Source of the DNA: Methanomassiliicoccaceae archaeon
GTDB lineage: Archaea > Thermoplasmatota > Thermoplasmata > Methanomassiliicoccales > Methanomassiliicoccaceae
Length of the DNA: 64,000 bases
Assembly: GCA_963728405.1 (NCBI GenBank)
Contig: CAVSJV010000005.1
Span: 96,001 to 160,000 of the forward strand
Reading direction: 5' to 3'
Made by a program: the position numbers and the translations under genes. Positions 21,530 to 33,752 of this stretch are shown here, in pieces (position 1 is the stretch's first letter; the number at the start of each line of letters is the position of its first letter). The notes beneath the pieces are model-generated. The model saw nothing but the letters and a program-made list of their open reading frames with translations. It ran no database searches and was not told the DNA's origin.

Positions 21530-22249
21530 TCATTCCAGCCCCCTATTTCCATATAGATTGCGGTGGGTGAGATCCACCAGGTCCCGGCGTACCCGGAGCC
21601 CCTTTGCCGGTGAGGACGCTGGATAGCCCAGGCGCAGGCCGTAAACGATCCGCAGGTGGTCAGGGATGCCGAGGGTCCTTTTTACCTCATCCTGCACCGA
21701 AACATCACCGAGGTCGCTCATGATGCGGACGCTGATCCCAAGGGACGTCGCCATAAGCCACATGTTCTCCATGAGGCAGCCCAGACTTACCAGGCCCAGC
21801 AGGTCACCCTCAGAATCGGGGGCTCTCCTTACAGGATCATAGATCACGATCAGAACGAGCGGGCTGCCAGCTATGGTCTGTTCCAGTCTATTGGCATGGC
21901 TCTTCTCCGCGACCTCACCGAACTTGGAGGGGTCGGCCCAGGACGGTGGGAGATCGGCGGCCAGAATGCCAACCTTCTTTCGCCGCAGTTCCTCTTCCGA
22001 GAAGGAAAGCTGCTCATAGTTCTCCCGGAGGAAGGTCTCCGAGACCGGGGATCTTATGCTTCCCAGCGTCTCCAGGACCTTCCGGTCATCGACCATCAGG
22101 ATCTCGAAGTTCTGCATGTTGTGGGCAGTGGGGGCCCACCGGCCCGATTCCAGGATATTTCTAAGGTCATCGAGGCCTATGGTGCGGTAAGGGTCGAAGG
22201 GGGTCCGGACCGATCGGCGGTCCCGAATGAGCCTGAGAACATCGTTCAT
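21530..22249 (-). CDS. Nitroreductase family protein
   Basis: RRSVR, APTAHNMQ, NMWLMATSLG, LGYP. Confidence 0.9.
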   Translation of the reverse strand: MNDVLRLIRDRRSVRTPFDPYRTIGLDDLRNILESGRWAPTAHNMQNFEILMVDDRKVLETLGSIRSPVSETFLRENYEQLSFSEEELRRKKVGILAADLPPSWADPSKFGEVAEKSHANRLEQTIAGSPLVLIVIYDPVRRAPDSEGDLLGLVSLGCLMENMWLMATSLGISVRIMSDLGDVSVQDEVKRTLGIPDHLRIVYGLRLGYPASSPAKGLRVRRDLVDLTHRNLYGNRGLE

Positions 22250-22457
22250 GGCGGTCGTATAATCATCGGAGCTCCTTAGGATAAAAAGAAGCGATGGGCC
22301 AGTGACCCACCTCCCCCTTTCTTCCGAACTTCGGCCATTTATTGGACTAACAGCCATTCCACGGGGGTAACTTTTTATGGTCCGAAATATTGAAGTTGTT
22401 GGTCCGACGATAGGTCGATGTCATATCTATCAATGGATATCTTTGAGGGAAGAAGAG

Positions 22458-22742
22458 ATGACGTTACCCGTGGAGGACCTCAGGGGCCTCGAAACGATCA
22501 GGACGCACAAAAGGCATGAGCGGATCGGCCAATTCATTGAGCAGCTCCTGTCGAAATATGGCAGGATGACCGCCCGGCAGATCCTTACTGCCTACATCGA
22601 TGAGAAATGGCCGTTCAAGACGGCCAAACCCCGCGTCGATGCGAACCAGATCAGCAAGCTGGTCAAGCAATATCCCAACATCGTCGCCGAGCCGAAGGAC
22701 CGGCGGCTGGCCTATCGGCTCAAAGAAAAGCCCGCCCCCTAG
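22458..22742 (+). CDS. Small basic hypothetical protein, possibly winged-helix
   Basis: 94 aa; MTARQIL...ANQISKLVK pattern; purine-rich RBS. Confidence 0.55.
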   Translation: MTLPVEDLRGLETIRTHKRHERIGQFIEQLLSKYGRMTARQILTAYIDEKWPFKTAKPRVDANQISKLVKQYPNIVAEPKDRRLAYRLKEKPAP

Positions 22743-23286
22743 CTTTATTTTATAACGGTCCAACGGCAGCGCAGCAATGATGGGTCCCTTCTCAGCGTAG
22801 AGATGGGAACCTTTGGCCTAGTCGATTTCTGAAAGAGGCATAGTTCGGGGATCCCTTTCGGCATGGAGGGATGTCCGTCCCCCTCCGAAAACGCGATCGG
22901 AAGACTTGCCCCGAGCCAAGGTCACGCTCTTTCTAAGGCTTCGTGGGCACCGCCCCTTCGCCGCTATGCTTTCTATTCATCCGGGCCCAGACCTGGTCTG
23001 GACCGATGTAGATGGATCGTATTTATTAGCTAATTCTCCGGCCATGTATAGGAACTGTATTTTGAAAGAGGCCTTTCCTTGGTATTTGCCAGATCGATGC
23101 CTGGCGCCCGAACGAGCGTCACGACGGGGCGCTGCAGGGAGGGGACAGTTGGCCGAGTTGAACAGCTCCATCGGCACCCCTGATCTACGAAATGGAGCAA
23201 GGAACCGTGATGGAGCACCGATATCTGGCATAAGAGGGCGATATGGCCTGGGCCACTGAAAGGGGATAGAGGTACGCGGAGGAGTA

Positions 23287-24497
23287 TCAGGTACGGGTCT
23301 CGTTGGCCACCCGGTCGTGCGCCATCTCCAGCGCCCTCACTGCCGGAAGCTCTCTCCCTGCTAGCATATCCAGGAACGCCCCCCCACCTGTGGAAACGTA
23401 GGAGATGCGATCTCTCAGCCCGTATCGGTCAATGGCCGATCCGGTGTCCCCGCCTCCCACCAGGGAAAAGGCCGGTGAGCGGGCGATGGCCTCGGCGACT
23501 GCGCGGGTCCCCTTGCTGAAGGGTTCCATCTCGAACACTCCCAGGGGTCCGTTCCACACGATGGTGCCGGCACCTTCTAGCTTAGAAACGAACAGGTCGA
23601 TCGTCTCGGGGCCAATATCCAAGGCCAGGCGGTCCGCTTCGATCCCACTTGACGGTACGGTCTCGATCACCGCCCCCTCGGCTTTCTGGTCCGCCGTCAC
23701 GAGGTCCACGGGAAGGAATAGTCGCCCCCCCACTCCCTCGTCCCCTTTGAGGATGCCCCGAGCTTTCTCGACCGCATCCGAGGGGACATCTGCCTTGCCC
23801 ACCTTCAGGCCCCTGGCCTTTAGGAAGGGTAGGGCCATCGCGCCCCCTATCAGCAGAGCATCCACTCTTCTAGCCAGGTGGGCGAGCACCTCGATCTTGG
23901 ATGTGACCTTCCCTCCCCCCATTACCGCCACCAGCGGTCGGCGGGGGGCATCCAGCGCCTTCTCAAGTGTTTCGAGCTCCCTCTTCATCAAGAGGCCGCC
24001 GCCCTTCTCCCCCACATATTTGGTCACCCCGACAGTTGGAGGCATGCTGGCGGTGGGCATTGGCGAAGGCATCGTCGATATAGACCTCGGCTAGGGAGGC
24101 TAGGCTTCGCGACAGCGTATCATCGTTCTCCTCTTCGCCGGGGTCGAACCTAAGGTTCTCGAGCATGACCACCGCGCCAGGGTGCATTTGCATCGCCGCA
24201 TCCCTCGCTCGGGGGCCGGCCACCTCATCAATGAAGGCAACCTCGGTTCCCAGCATCTCGGTGAGCCGCTCGGCCACGGGGGCCAGGCTCAGTTGGGGGA
24301 CCACCTTTCCTTTGGGCCTATCCAGATGAGAGATGATGATGACCTTGCTCCCCTTCTCTAGAGCTAATCGAATGGTGGGTAGGGCCGCCCGCATTCGGGA
24401 GTCATCCATAACCTCGACCCCCCTCCAGCGGCACGTTGAAATCTACACGCAGCAGCAGTCTTCTTCCCGCTATGTCCATCCGGTCCACGAATCTCAT
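23287..24497 (-). CDS. pgk: Phosphoglycerate kinase, frameshifts at ~24415 and ~24040
   Basis: RVDFNVP, SHLDRP, LENLRF, DAFANAHRQHAS, DIGP, WNGPLGVFE, GGGDT, STGGGA spread across three frames. Confidence 0.92.
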
Positions 24498-24593
24498 AGG
24501 CACACATAGGTCCTTTTGTGGGGAAGAGGAATAAAACAGTATGGAGGGGGCGTTCCCTCCCCCTCGCCAGGGAACGACCGTTGCGGGGGCCGA

Positions 24594-27500
24594 TCAATCG
24601 TTCGGGGGGCTCAAATCGAACTCCAACTGGTCACCTGGCGCTAAAGTGCGGACCTCTGCCCGGAAGCCGATCGAGATCGGGGCGATATCTTGTGACCGAC
24701 TGGACAATCTCAGTTTCTCGTGGTCGATCTCCACCTTTAACCGGTGGCGACGGTACATGATATCGAACTGTAATCGGTTAAGCTCCTTGGGGAGGGTGGG
24801 ATTGAACCGCAGGACCTCACCCCGGGCCTCCAGTCCGGAATAGCACCTCTGGATCATGTCCACTGTGCCGGCCATGGCCCCCAGGTGGATCCCCTCGTGG
24901 GTGGTTCCGCCCTGGGTGTCCGATATGTCGCTCTGAAGGGCCTCCCGGAAAAGATTCCACGATTCCTCCCGGTTGGATCTGGACAGCACCCAGGCGTGGA
25001 CCACCCGACTGAGCGTGGAACCATGAGAGGTTCGCGCCAAATAGTAATCGATGGTCTTGGAGATCATATCCTCCCCCAACCTATAGCCCAGGCGGTCGAA
25101 CAGTTCCCGCAGCTCGTCCTCGGAAAGCAAGTAGAACAGCATCAACACGTCCGCTTGCTTCGAGAGCTTGTACCGGTTGGGGGAATCACCATCCGCCTCA
25201 AGGATCCGATCTAGGCGCTGTATATTGCCATACTTGTTGCGATACTTCTCCCATTCCAGCTCTTTGAGCTTCTCGTAGCCCTGGAACTGGCTGATTATCC
25301 CGTCCCCGTGGAAGGGGACGAACATCTTACGGCTGATCTGTCTCCAGTGGTTCAGCTCCTCCTTGGTCAGCGAGAGGTCCGCCCACACGGCCTTGCATTG
25401 CTCCATGGGTAGCAGGTGAAGGGTATCCAGGGTCCGACACATCAGCCACATGACCATCACATTGGTGTAGGCGTTGTTATCGATGCCCGGCTCGGTCGCA
25501 TCCGGATACCTTTCGTGGTATTCGTCCGGACCCATCACCTTGCAGATCTCATAGCGGTCGATCGACTCATTGTACTTGGCCATGCTCGCCCAGAACCGGG
25601 CTATCTCGATCAGCATCTCCGCTCCGTAGAACGACAGGAAATCCAGGTCCCCGGTGACCTGGTAGTATTGCCAAATGTTGTATGCCACGGCCAGGTTGAT
25701 GTGCCGTTCCAGCTGCGAATTGTCCGTTATCCAACGCCCCGACAGGGGGTTCAAGTGCAGCACCTGCCCCTCCTCCCGGCCATCGCTGCCGCTCTGCCAT
25801 GGGAACATGGCACCGGCAAGTCCCACCTGTTTGGCCGCCCAGCGGGCCATGGGCAGTCGTCGGTAACGGTACAGGAGGAGGGAGCGAGGAATATCCGGGA
25901 TGCGAAGGTTCAGGAACGGGAAAATGAAGATCTCGTCCCACATGATGAGGCCCCGGTATGCTTCTCCATGCAGGCCTCGGGGGGAACCCCCACGTCCAGA
26001 TCGATGGAATGGATCGACACGGTCTGAAGCAGATGGAAGACGTGAAGGTTCAAGATTTGAGCCAGCTTTCCATGGTCGGCCTCCACGTTTATTTGGCACC
26101 GGCTCCACAGATTCTCCCACTCCTTCTCATGGCTTTGGCGTAGATTCTCAAAGCTCTCCGCGCGGTTCACCTCGTCGACGGCCTCCAGTAGGCTCTCCGA
26201 AATGGCCCTGTCCTTGGACGAGAAGACCGAAGCGATCTTCTCGATGCGTGTCGATCTCCCCGCCTTCAACGGTATTTTCAAATCCTGGCCGATGTAACCG
26301 AGCTCCTCGATGGTCCCCCGTTCCAGGTCGATGGGCCGGTTATCCTGGAAGACCCTGGTTCGGGCCGCCACGGCGATCTTGATGTGGGATTGTTTGGTCT
26401 CTCCTTGGATCCAGATCACCTCTCGACCGGAGGATCCGGCGATGACCTGCCCAAAATGGTGGTTGTTCAGCTGGCGATAGCGTTTAACAAGGGTATTATC
26501 CACCCTTCCATCCACAGCCGAGCGCAGCATGAGGGCCCCCGACCAGTTCTCCGGGGTGAGCGTAGTCTCCAGCCCGGCCAGGTGGGGCGAGTCCATGCTA
26601 ATGAAACGCCGCTGTTTGAGAAAGGTCCGGTGGCCGTGCTCATCGGTGAACCTCATGGTTCTGCTCAGCACGCCTTTTCGCATGTCCAGCTCCTGATGAT
26701 AATCTTCCAGCTCGACCCGGCTGACATCGAACCACTGGTCTTCTCCAAGGCGGAAGGAGAGGGACAGCCAGTTAGGGATGTTCACCATGCTCTCGTTCTC
26801 TATGGTGTGGTCGAAGATCTCGCTATCCAGTCGATTATAGACTCCTGCCAGGTACGTTCCAGGGTAGTGGGATTTTCCCGCCACCGATTCGGGCGCGGCC
26901 CCTCTGGTCGCAAAATAGCCATTGCCGACCGTACATAGGGACTCCCGCAACTTCTCCTTTTCAGGCACGAATCCCTCGTAGTCCAGGGTCCAGATCCCGT
27001 GGGTCGTCTCCCTATTAAAGAGCCCTACCAGGTCCTTCAGGAAAGTGTACACCTCCCCGACGTCGCTCAGGACGTGGCTTGCCCTGGTGGTCTGGCCCGC
27101 ATCCCCAACGAGTATGGTGATGCCCCGATCCCCGATGGCCCGGAAGGCATCCTCATCGGTCACATCATCCCCGATGTACAGGGGCACCACCCGGGAGCCG
27201 TTCATATGGAGCTTGTCCAAGAGGTACAGGACCACCTTGCCCTTATCCCAGTCCACGTTCGGGCGGAGTTCGAACACCTTCTTACCCCCCATCTTCTTCA
27301 GTTCGGGGTGTCGGTGGGCCACTTCATTGAACAAGGCTTCCAACCGGGGGACATCCCCATCATCGACCGAACGATAGTGTACGGCCATGGCGAACTTCTT
27401 CCGCTCTACCCAGGCCCCCTTTACCACCTCGACCGCCGTTTTGAGCTCCCTTTCCGTCCTATCGAGCGCGGGCAGATATTCCAGGCCCCGCTCCTGGTCG

Positions 27501-28592
27501 GGAGTGACCTCGCCTGGCCCCAATACCTCGAAACCATGGCTTCCTACGTAAGCCAGGTCGGGCAAGCCAACCATCTTCCGGACATCCTCGAGATCGCGTC
27601 CGCTCACCACCGATACACGGCAATGATGGGCCAGTTCTCGGAGGGCATCACGCATATTTTCCGACAGGATGGCCAGGGAAGGTTCGCTCACTATGGGCGT
27701 GAGAGTACCATCGTAGTCGAGGAATATCGCTGGCACTCCCTCCTGCAGTTGCCTGAACAGGCTCTCCTCCTCGACCAATGCAGAAGGCAATCCCCTCCTC
27801 AGCGCCATCGCCAATCGGGATCTCGGATAGGTCCTTGACCACCACATCGGCCCCGTGGTCCCTCAGGGCGCTCTCTTGGCCCACCCGGTCGACCCCGATC
27901 ACCACCGCGAAGCCACCAGCCTTCCCAGCTTCCACCCCGGCGAGAGCGTCCTCGATGATCGCTGACATTTCGGGGCTGACCTTGAGCCTCCTCGCCGCTT
28001 CTAGAAAGATGTCTGGGGCCGGTTTCCCCTTGAGCCCGAGCGCCTTTGCATCGATGCCGTCCACCACCGCGTCGAACAGGCCCGTCAGGCCTGCTTTCTC
28101 CAGCACCTTCTTGGCGTTGCGGCTGGCCGATATAAGGGCAACTCGAGTCCCCCTCGCTCTCAGCCTCCGGATAAATCTCAGGCTTTCTGGGTATGGTTCC
28201 ACCCCTTGGATCTCCAGCTGTTCAAGGAATAGGGCGTTCTTCCGGTTGCCTATCCCGTAGACCGTCTCTTGTTCCGGGGGGTCTCGGGGAGTCCCATCAG
28301 GTATCGAGATGTGCCGGGATTCCAGGAAGCTCCTGACCCCATCGTAACGGGGCTTCCCATCCACATAGCGAAGGTAATCGATATTTGTCTCAAAAGGGAC
28401 GAAAACCTCTCCGGACCGGGCCGCGCGCTCCCGCAGATAGCTGTCGAGCGTCTGCTTCCATGCGGCGGCATGGATGCTGGCGGTGTCGGTGACCACCCCA
28501 TCCATATCCAGGATGAACGCATCAAGGTCCTCCAGATCAATGGCGCCTCCTCCTTTCGCAATACACCTTCCTAATGTGGCCGTTCTTCCCAT
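24594..28592 (-). CDS. HAD (beta-PGM-like) + trehalose-6-phosphate phosphatase + GH65 fusion (OtsB1-like), frameshifts at ~27790 and ~25980
   Basis: DMDGV/GKPAPD (HAD), FLDYDGT/YIGDDVTDEDAF (TPP), GNGYFATRG, RGLHGEAYRG, GPDEYH and KQAD (GH65). Confidence 0.88.
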
Positions 28593-29182
28593 GTTCTGTC
28601 CGTCCGGCTCTATGTTTGAAGCTGACCGTCCTTATTTTTTTCCTAACAAAGCTCGTCGGGAGGGGTCTTGCCCATCGATGATCTGAAAAGCATGTTGACG
28701 AAGGGGGCCTCGGGAGCGTTGAGACACGCCTTCGCCCGGTTCCTCATCATCTTCAGCACAGTGATAACGTAAATGAGCGTCGGGAAGGCCGTCTGCGGGA
28801 CCAGATGATATCATTCATCTGGCCATCGTGGATCTGCCATATCTCCTTACTCTTAGCCAGGGAGATCATGGTCATGGATCTGGGAGACTCTCGATCATGG
28901 AACTGCGACCGGGGAAAAAGGACTGGGTCCATTTCCTTGGGGCGGTCGAAGCATGTTCCCCCCGATCGCTTTAAGCGATCGGCGATGCGGAGAATTATAA
29001 AGGATAGATAAGGCAACATTGGGCCGTTCGGTGCACTCCGGATGGAGAAAGATAATAACGGTCTTGCGCAGGACCGTCCCCTGCGACGTCCATCCATGCC
29101 GAGTAATGCCGTTCCGAAATGTTCTGAGCATGGAATGTTGTTCCATCGGATCTCACCCTATCGTGCTCCTATTGGAGAGTGC

Positions 29183-29314
29183 TCACTTGCGCTTTTCCTT
29201 TACCAGCTTCTTTTTGGCCCTCTTGTTCCCCGATGCGGCCAGCGTTTCAAGGCCGGCAAGCTTCTCCCCTTTCTCGTCCTTGCGCTTTTTCAGGTCGTTC
29301 TTCGAGATGCTCAT
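29183..29314 (-). CDS. 43 aa lysine-rich small protein
   Basis: MSISKNDLKKRKDEKGEKLAGLETLAASGNKRAKKKLVKEKRK; below the ORF-track size cutoff. Confidence 0.55.
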   Translation of the reverse strand: MSISKNDLKKRKDEKGEKLAGLETLAASGNKRAKKKLVKEKRK

Positions 29315-29570
29315 GAGTGGGAACTCAGTTATCCGCTACATAAGGGGGACTGTACTATTATCTGGGCTCTCCAGGGGTCGAACGGATCGACCCATCTCCT
29401 TCTTCCAAAATTATGGGCGATCGCCGGCGCTCAAGGCATTCTAGGATATCATTCGTCGGCCAGATGAATTAACTACTGGGACCGACGTTCCAATCTCCGT
29501 TGGTCCATCTTATCCGCGATGCTCAGGGGAGAGCGCATCGAGGCCAAGATCGAGCGTGGGGATGGGGATT

Positions 29571-32500
29571 ATGTCAGCGCCGAAGCAGCAAGTAGTGGTC
29601 ACCGATATCGGAGAGTACATCAACCAGCATTGCTGCGAAAGGAGCTTCAAACTGCGTCTGAACAAGGCCGAGGTCGCTCGGCGCTTCCCGTTCTACGCTA
29701 CCGTGCGCAGTCCCTTGAACCCGATCCTGGCGACCATGGGCCGTATGAGGGAGAACGACCTCGAGTCGGGCATGAGGGCGAGCATGCTGCTCCTCAACCC
29801 TCACGGCGAGAACGAGGAAGCGATCCGGATCAGCTGGGAGCAGTACCTGGACGCGCTGAACCGCACTCCCGCGGGACAGGACTGCTTTGCTCGCGAGGTC
29901 GAGATCGAGCGGCCCATCGGGCAGTTCGTCATCTCCGGTCGTATGGATTTCGTCACCCTCCGGTGGGACGGGGAAGTGCCGCACGTACGGATCGTGGAGT
30001 GCAAGGCCAGCCGGAAGGACAAGACCTATCACCGCGTCCAGCTCGCTGCCTACCGCGCCATGGTCTCGGAGATGATCGAGCAGGATGGCCTGGACATCGG
30101 CGGGAAGCATTTCGATGACGTTGTCCTAGAATCAGTGGTGGCGCGGATCGACGAGGCGACCAATGAAGTTCAGGACGCCCTCGCGCTCCCGTCCCTGGAT
30201 CTCGAGGAGGAGATCGGCGACCTGCGCAATCTCCTCTCCGCCCGGGGGCCGCTGTCCCGCATCTCGCGGACCGAGCTGGACGATCTTGGATACTGCCTCG
30301 AGTCGAAGTGTGATTCGTGCGTTCATTGCCCCATCTGCCTGCCGGAGAGCGCCCGGCAGCGCCGCCTGGAGCTATTGGGCCTGGAGCCTTCTACGGTCCG
30401 TCTGCTGACCGGAGCTGCGGTCCGGACGGTCGATGACCTGGCCGACCTGGACCCTAAGGGCTCGAGGGCCCTGGCCCTCCGAAGCACGGTCGGCTTCACC
30501 GCAGACCTGGACGACCTCGTGATCAGAGCGAGGGCGCGGCGCTCCACCCTCGCCGACAAGCGGAGCGGGGACTGGGGAGTCATGGCCAAGAGGCACTCCG
30601 GCCCCGGGCTGCTGCCGTCCCACGATGACGAGTGCGGCAACCGCCTCGTCCGGGTGTTCCTGAATATCGAGTACGATTACATCGAGGACCGGTTGGTTGG
30701 CATGGCCGCCCACGTCACCGACAGCGGCATGTCCCTTTACACCCGCATGCCCCGTTACGGTGAACCGGGAGAGTCGGACCCCGTGCCGAGGGAATGCGTT
30801 CCCAAGAGCGCCGTTGAAGGGCCTATGCGCGCGGTCGAGGTCGTCCGCATCATGGAACGGCCGTGGTCCGGAAATGCGAACGAGGACGACCAGGCCGAGG
30901 GCGCCATGCTCCGATCGTTCTTCGAACAGCTGGTCGACGCCATCGTCCGCATCGGCGGTACTGGTCTCCGGCCCCTGCACTTCTACACTTGGTCGAAAGG
31001 AGAGATGGACCATCTGATCGATTCGTGCTCCCGTGCCGGTGGCCCCCTCCTGCACAATCTGACCGAGCTGCTGGGCTGCCGCGCGGAGTGCCGAGCGGAC
31101 CTCGAGCAGATGATCTTCACCCCGCTGCGGGACGAGATCGAGGCAAAGGTCATGCTCGGTTACACCGGTCTCAGCCCGGTCATCGCCACGTCCCTTTCGT
31201 GGTTCGGGTTTCCCCGCTTCCACTGGGTCCGCGCTGTGAACGGTGTGCCGGTCGACCTGTCCTCGGCCTTCCGCCGGGACATCTTTGACTTTCGGACCTC
31301 CCTATACTTGGATGAGAAGGGCGAGTGGAGCGACCGCGATGATCCCTCGGCCACCAAGCAGTTCTTTGAGGTCCGCACCCACTTCAGCTCCGACGTCAAC
31401 GCTCCCTACTGGTACGCCATGTGGGGAATACTTCCTCAGGAGCGGACCAAGGACCACATGCTCCCGCGGGCCCTGGAGGACTACCGTCGCGGCGGAAGCG
31501 CTGAATTGATCTCCTCGTTCCTCGTCGCCAAGTGCCAGGCGCTGCGGTGGCTGGAAGAGAGATTGTACCAGAACTCCAAGATATCCAAGCCCCCGGTGCC
31601 GCTGGGCGACCTGACAAGCATTGAGACGCGGTTCGAAGGCCGCTACGACTGTCGTGGCGGCGTCGCTAGACTTCCTGCGGCTCGATCACCATGTCAAGAA
31701 GACCGAGTGGCTGATCGATAGCCTGCGCTCGCCCTCCGCTCGAGTTGCCCAAGGCTCCTGTCTCCCCCTCAAGGACATGTTCTTCTTCGAGGACGAGGGC
31801 AAGAGCTTTGCATGTGGGTCCCTCGATCTGGTACGGTTCTCCACCGACCCGAAGGTGTTCTTCTCGTCGTGCACCGTTGAGGAGGGGAGCTTCGTTCGCA
31901 TCGCACCATACTCCGGGGACGTGGACTCCGGCCAGACTGTCCGAGACCTGGTCTCTCTCGGGGTGACGGCCCACATCGAATTGCTCGACCCGGTCACCGG
32001 CGCGTTCAAGGCGTCGATAATCGGGAACTACGGAAAGGACGCGGCGGTGAGCCGTTACGTGCCACTGTCATTCCCCAAGCAGGTCGAGGACATGACGCTA
32101 GCGCTGGCGAGTGACAGCCTCGCGAACTTCGCCCGCGCCCGTATCGATAAGTGGCTTAGTAGGCACACCGACTCGCGGACCGCTCGCTGGTTCGATCCCG
32201 AAGCGCCTTCGGTCCCTGCTCGCGCCCCGCCCTCCACCGAATCCATGCGGGGATACGAGCAGGTGCTTCGCTCCATGAAGCTGCGGGATCACGGCTTGGA
32301 CGACATCCAGGTGCAGGCCTGTCTAGACGGGCTGTCATGCACAGTGCAGCTGCTCCTCGGTCCTCCCGGCACGGGGAAGACGAACACTGCCGCCGCGGCC
32401 GTGCTGCTCCGCCTGGCCGCCCGCCCCAGGAAGAAATTGTTCCTGCTATCGGCGAACACCCACACCGCGGTCAACGAGCTGACCGGGCGCATCCGCGAGG

Positions 32501-33702
32501 CACTCCCGTTCTTCCTCAAGGCCGCCGACGAGAACGGAGTGGAGCACCACACGGTCAGGGTGATGCGGCTCACCGGCGACACCCCCGAATCGGAAGAGGC
32601 GCTGGGGCTGTGGGACATGCCCCGCCTCCGGAAGGAGCTGGAGCAAGGGGACGTGGTCCTGTGCGGCAGTGTCAACGAACTGCTAAAGGTCGCGGAGAAG
32701 ATGTCGGAGTTCGAACCGTTCCATGTGGACGGCCTGATCATAGACGAGGCGAGCATGATGGTCTTCCCCGATTTCCTCGCTCTGGCCACACTGATCGCCG
32801 AGGACGGGGAGATGATGCTGGCGGGGGACCATATGCAACTCTCCCCCATCACGGCGCACGACTGGGAGCAGGAATGCCGGGAGCAGGTCGTCCGCCTCGG
32901 TCCGCACCAGTCCGCCTACCAGGCGATCAATAACCTGTGCTCCCGTTGCACGCCGGCATCGATCAAACGGTCGGCCTTGACCGTCACCTACCGCCTGACC
33001 CCGGAGCTCACCCACCTCATTTCCGGCGTCTACGAGGGCGAGGGCGTCACTCTCCGTTCGGAAAAGCGACCAGACCTCAAGGGGGCAGAGATCGCCTCAT
33101 TGAAGGACCTGTGGTCGAGCGGCGGGGTGTTCCTGGTCGTCCACGATGAAGCGCTGTCTCGCAAGAGCAATGAGTTCGAGGCGTCTCTCATCAGAGATAT
33201 CATGAGGTCACGAGGCGTTGCGGAGCACCAGGTGCCACCCCAGACGGTATCGATAATGACTCCTCACCGGGCCCAGAGAGGCCTGCTCCGGAACCTGCTG
33301 AACGATGAGTTCGGCTATCATCTCAAACTGATCGATACGGTGGAGCGATTGCAGGGCGGGGAGTGCGAGACCATCATCGTCTCGGGGACGCAGTCCGATA
33401 CCGGGGCGATAAGCAACAACGCCGAGTTCATACTGGACCTCAACCGCACCAACGTCATCTTCTCACGGGCCCAGGAGCGGCTGATCGTGGTCTGTTCGAG
33501 GAGCTTGCTGGACAGCATGCCTGCGGACATCGACGATTATGGCTCGTCGTGGCTGTGGAAGCACCTGCGTTCGGTCTGCGACACTACCGTTCTCCAGATG
33601 GATAGTTATGGGCACAACTGTCGAGATACGAGTGCCCGGGCGGTTCTGGAACGGTTAGTGAGAGGATGCACGTTAGGTCCTGGAAGTGGACCTGACCGGT
33701 GA
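29571..33702 (+). CDS. PD-(D/E)XK (RecB/Cas4-like) nuclease - SF1B (Dna2/Nam7-like) helicase fusion, TM0106-like; frameshift at ~31650
   Basis: GRMDFV, VECKAS, QLAAY, CDSCVHCPIC; GPPGTGKT, IDEAS, AGDHMQL, ERLQG, NVIFSRA. The C-terminal end is uncertain. Confidence 0.88.
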
Positions 33703-33752
33703 TCCCTGGGCGGGCTCGGCCGGGTTCTGTTTCTGGAGGTGAAAGCGAACGA

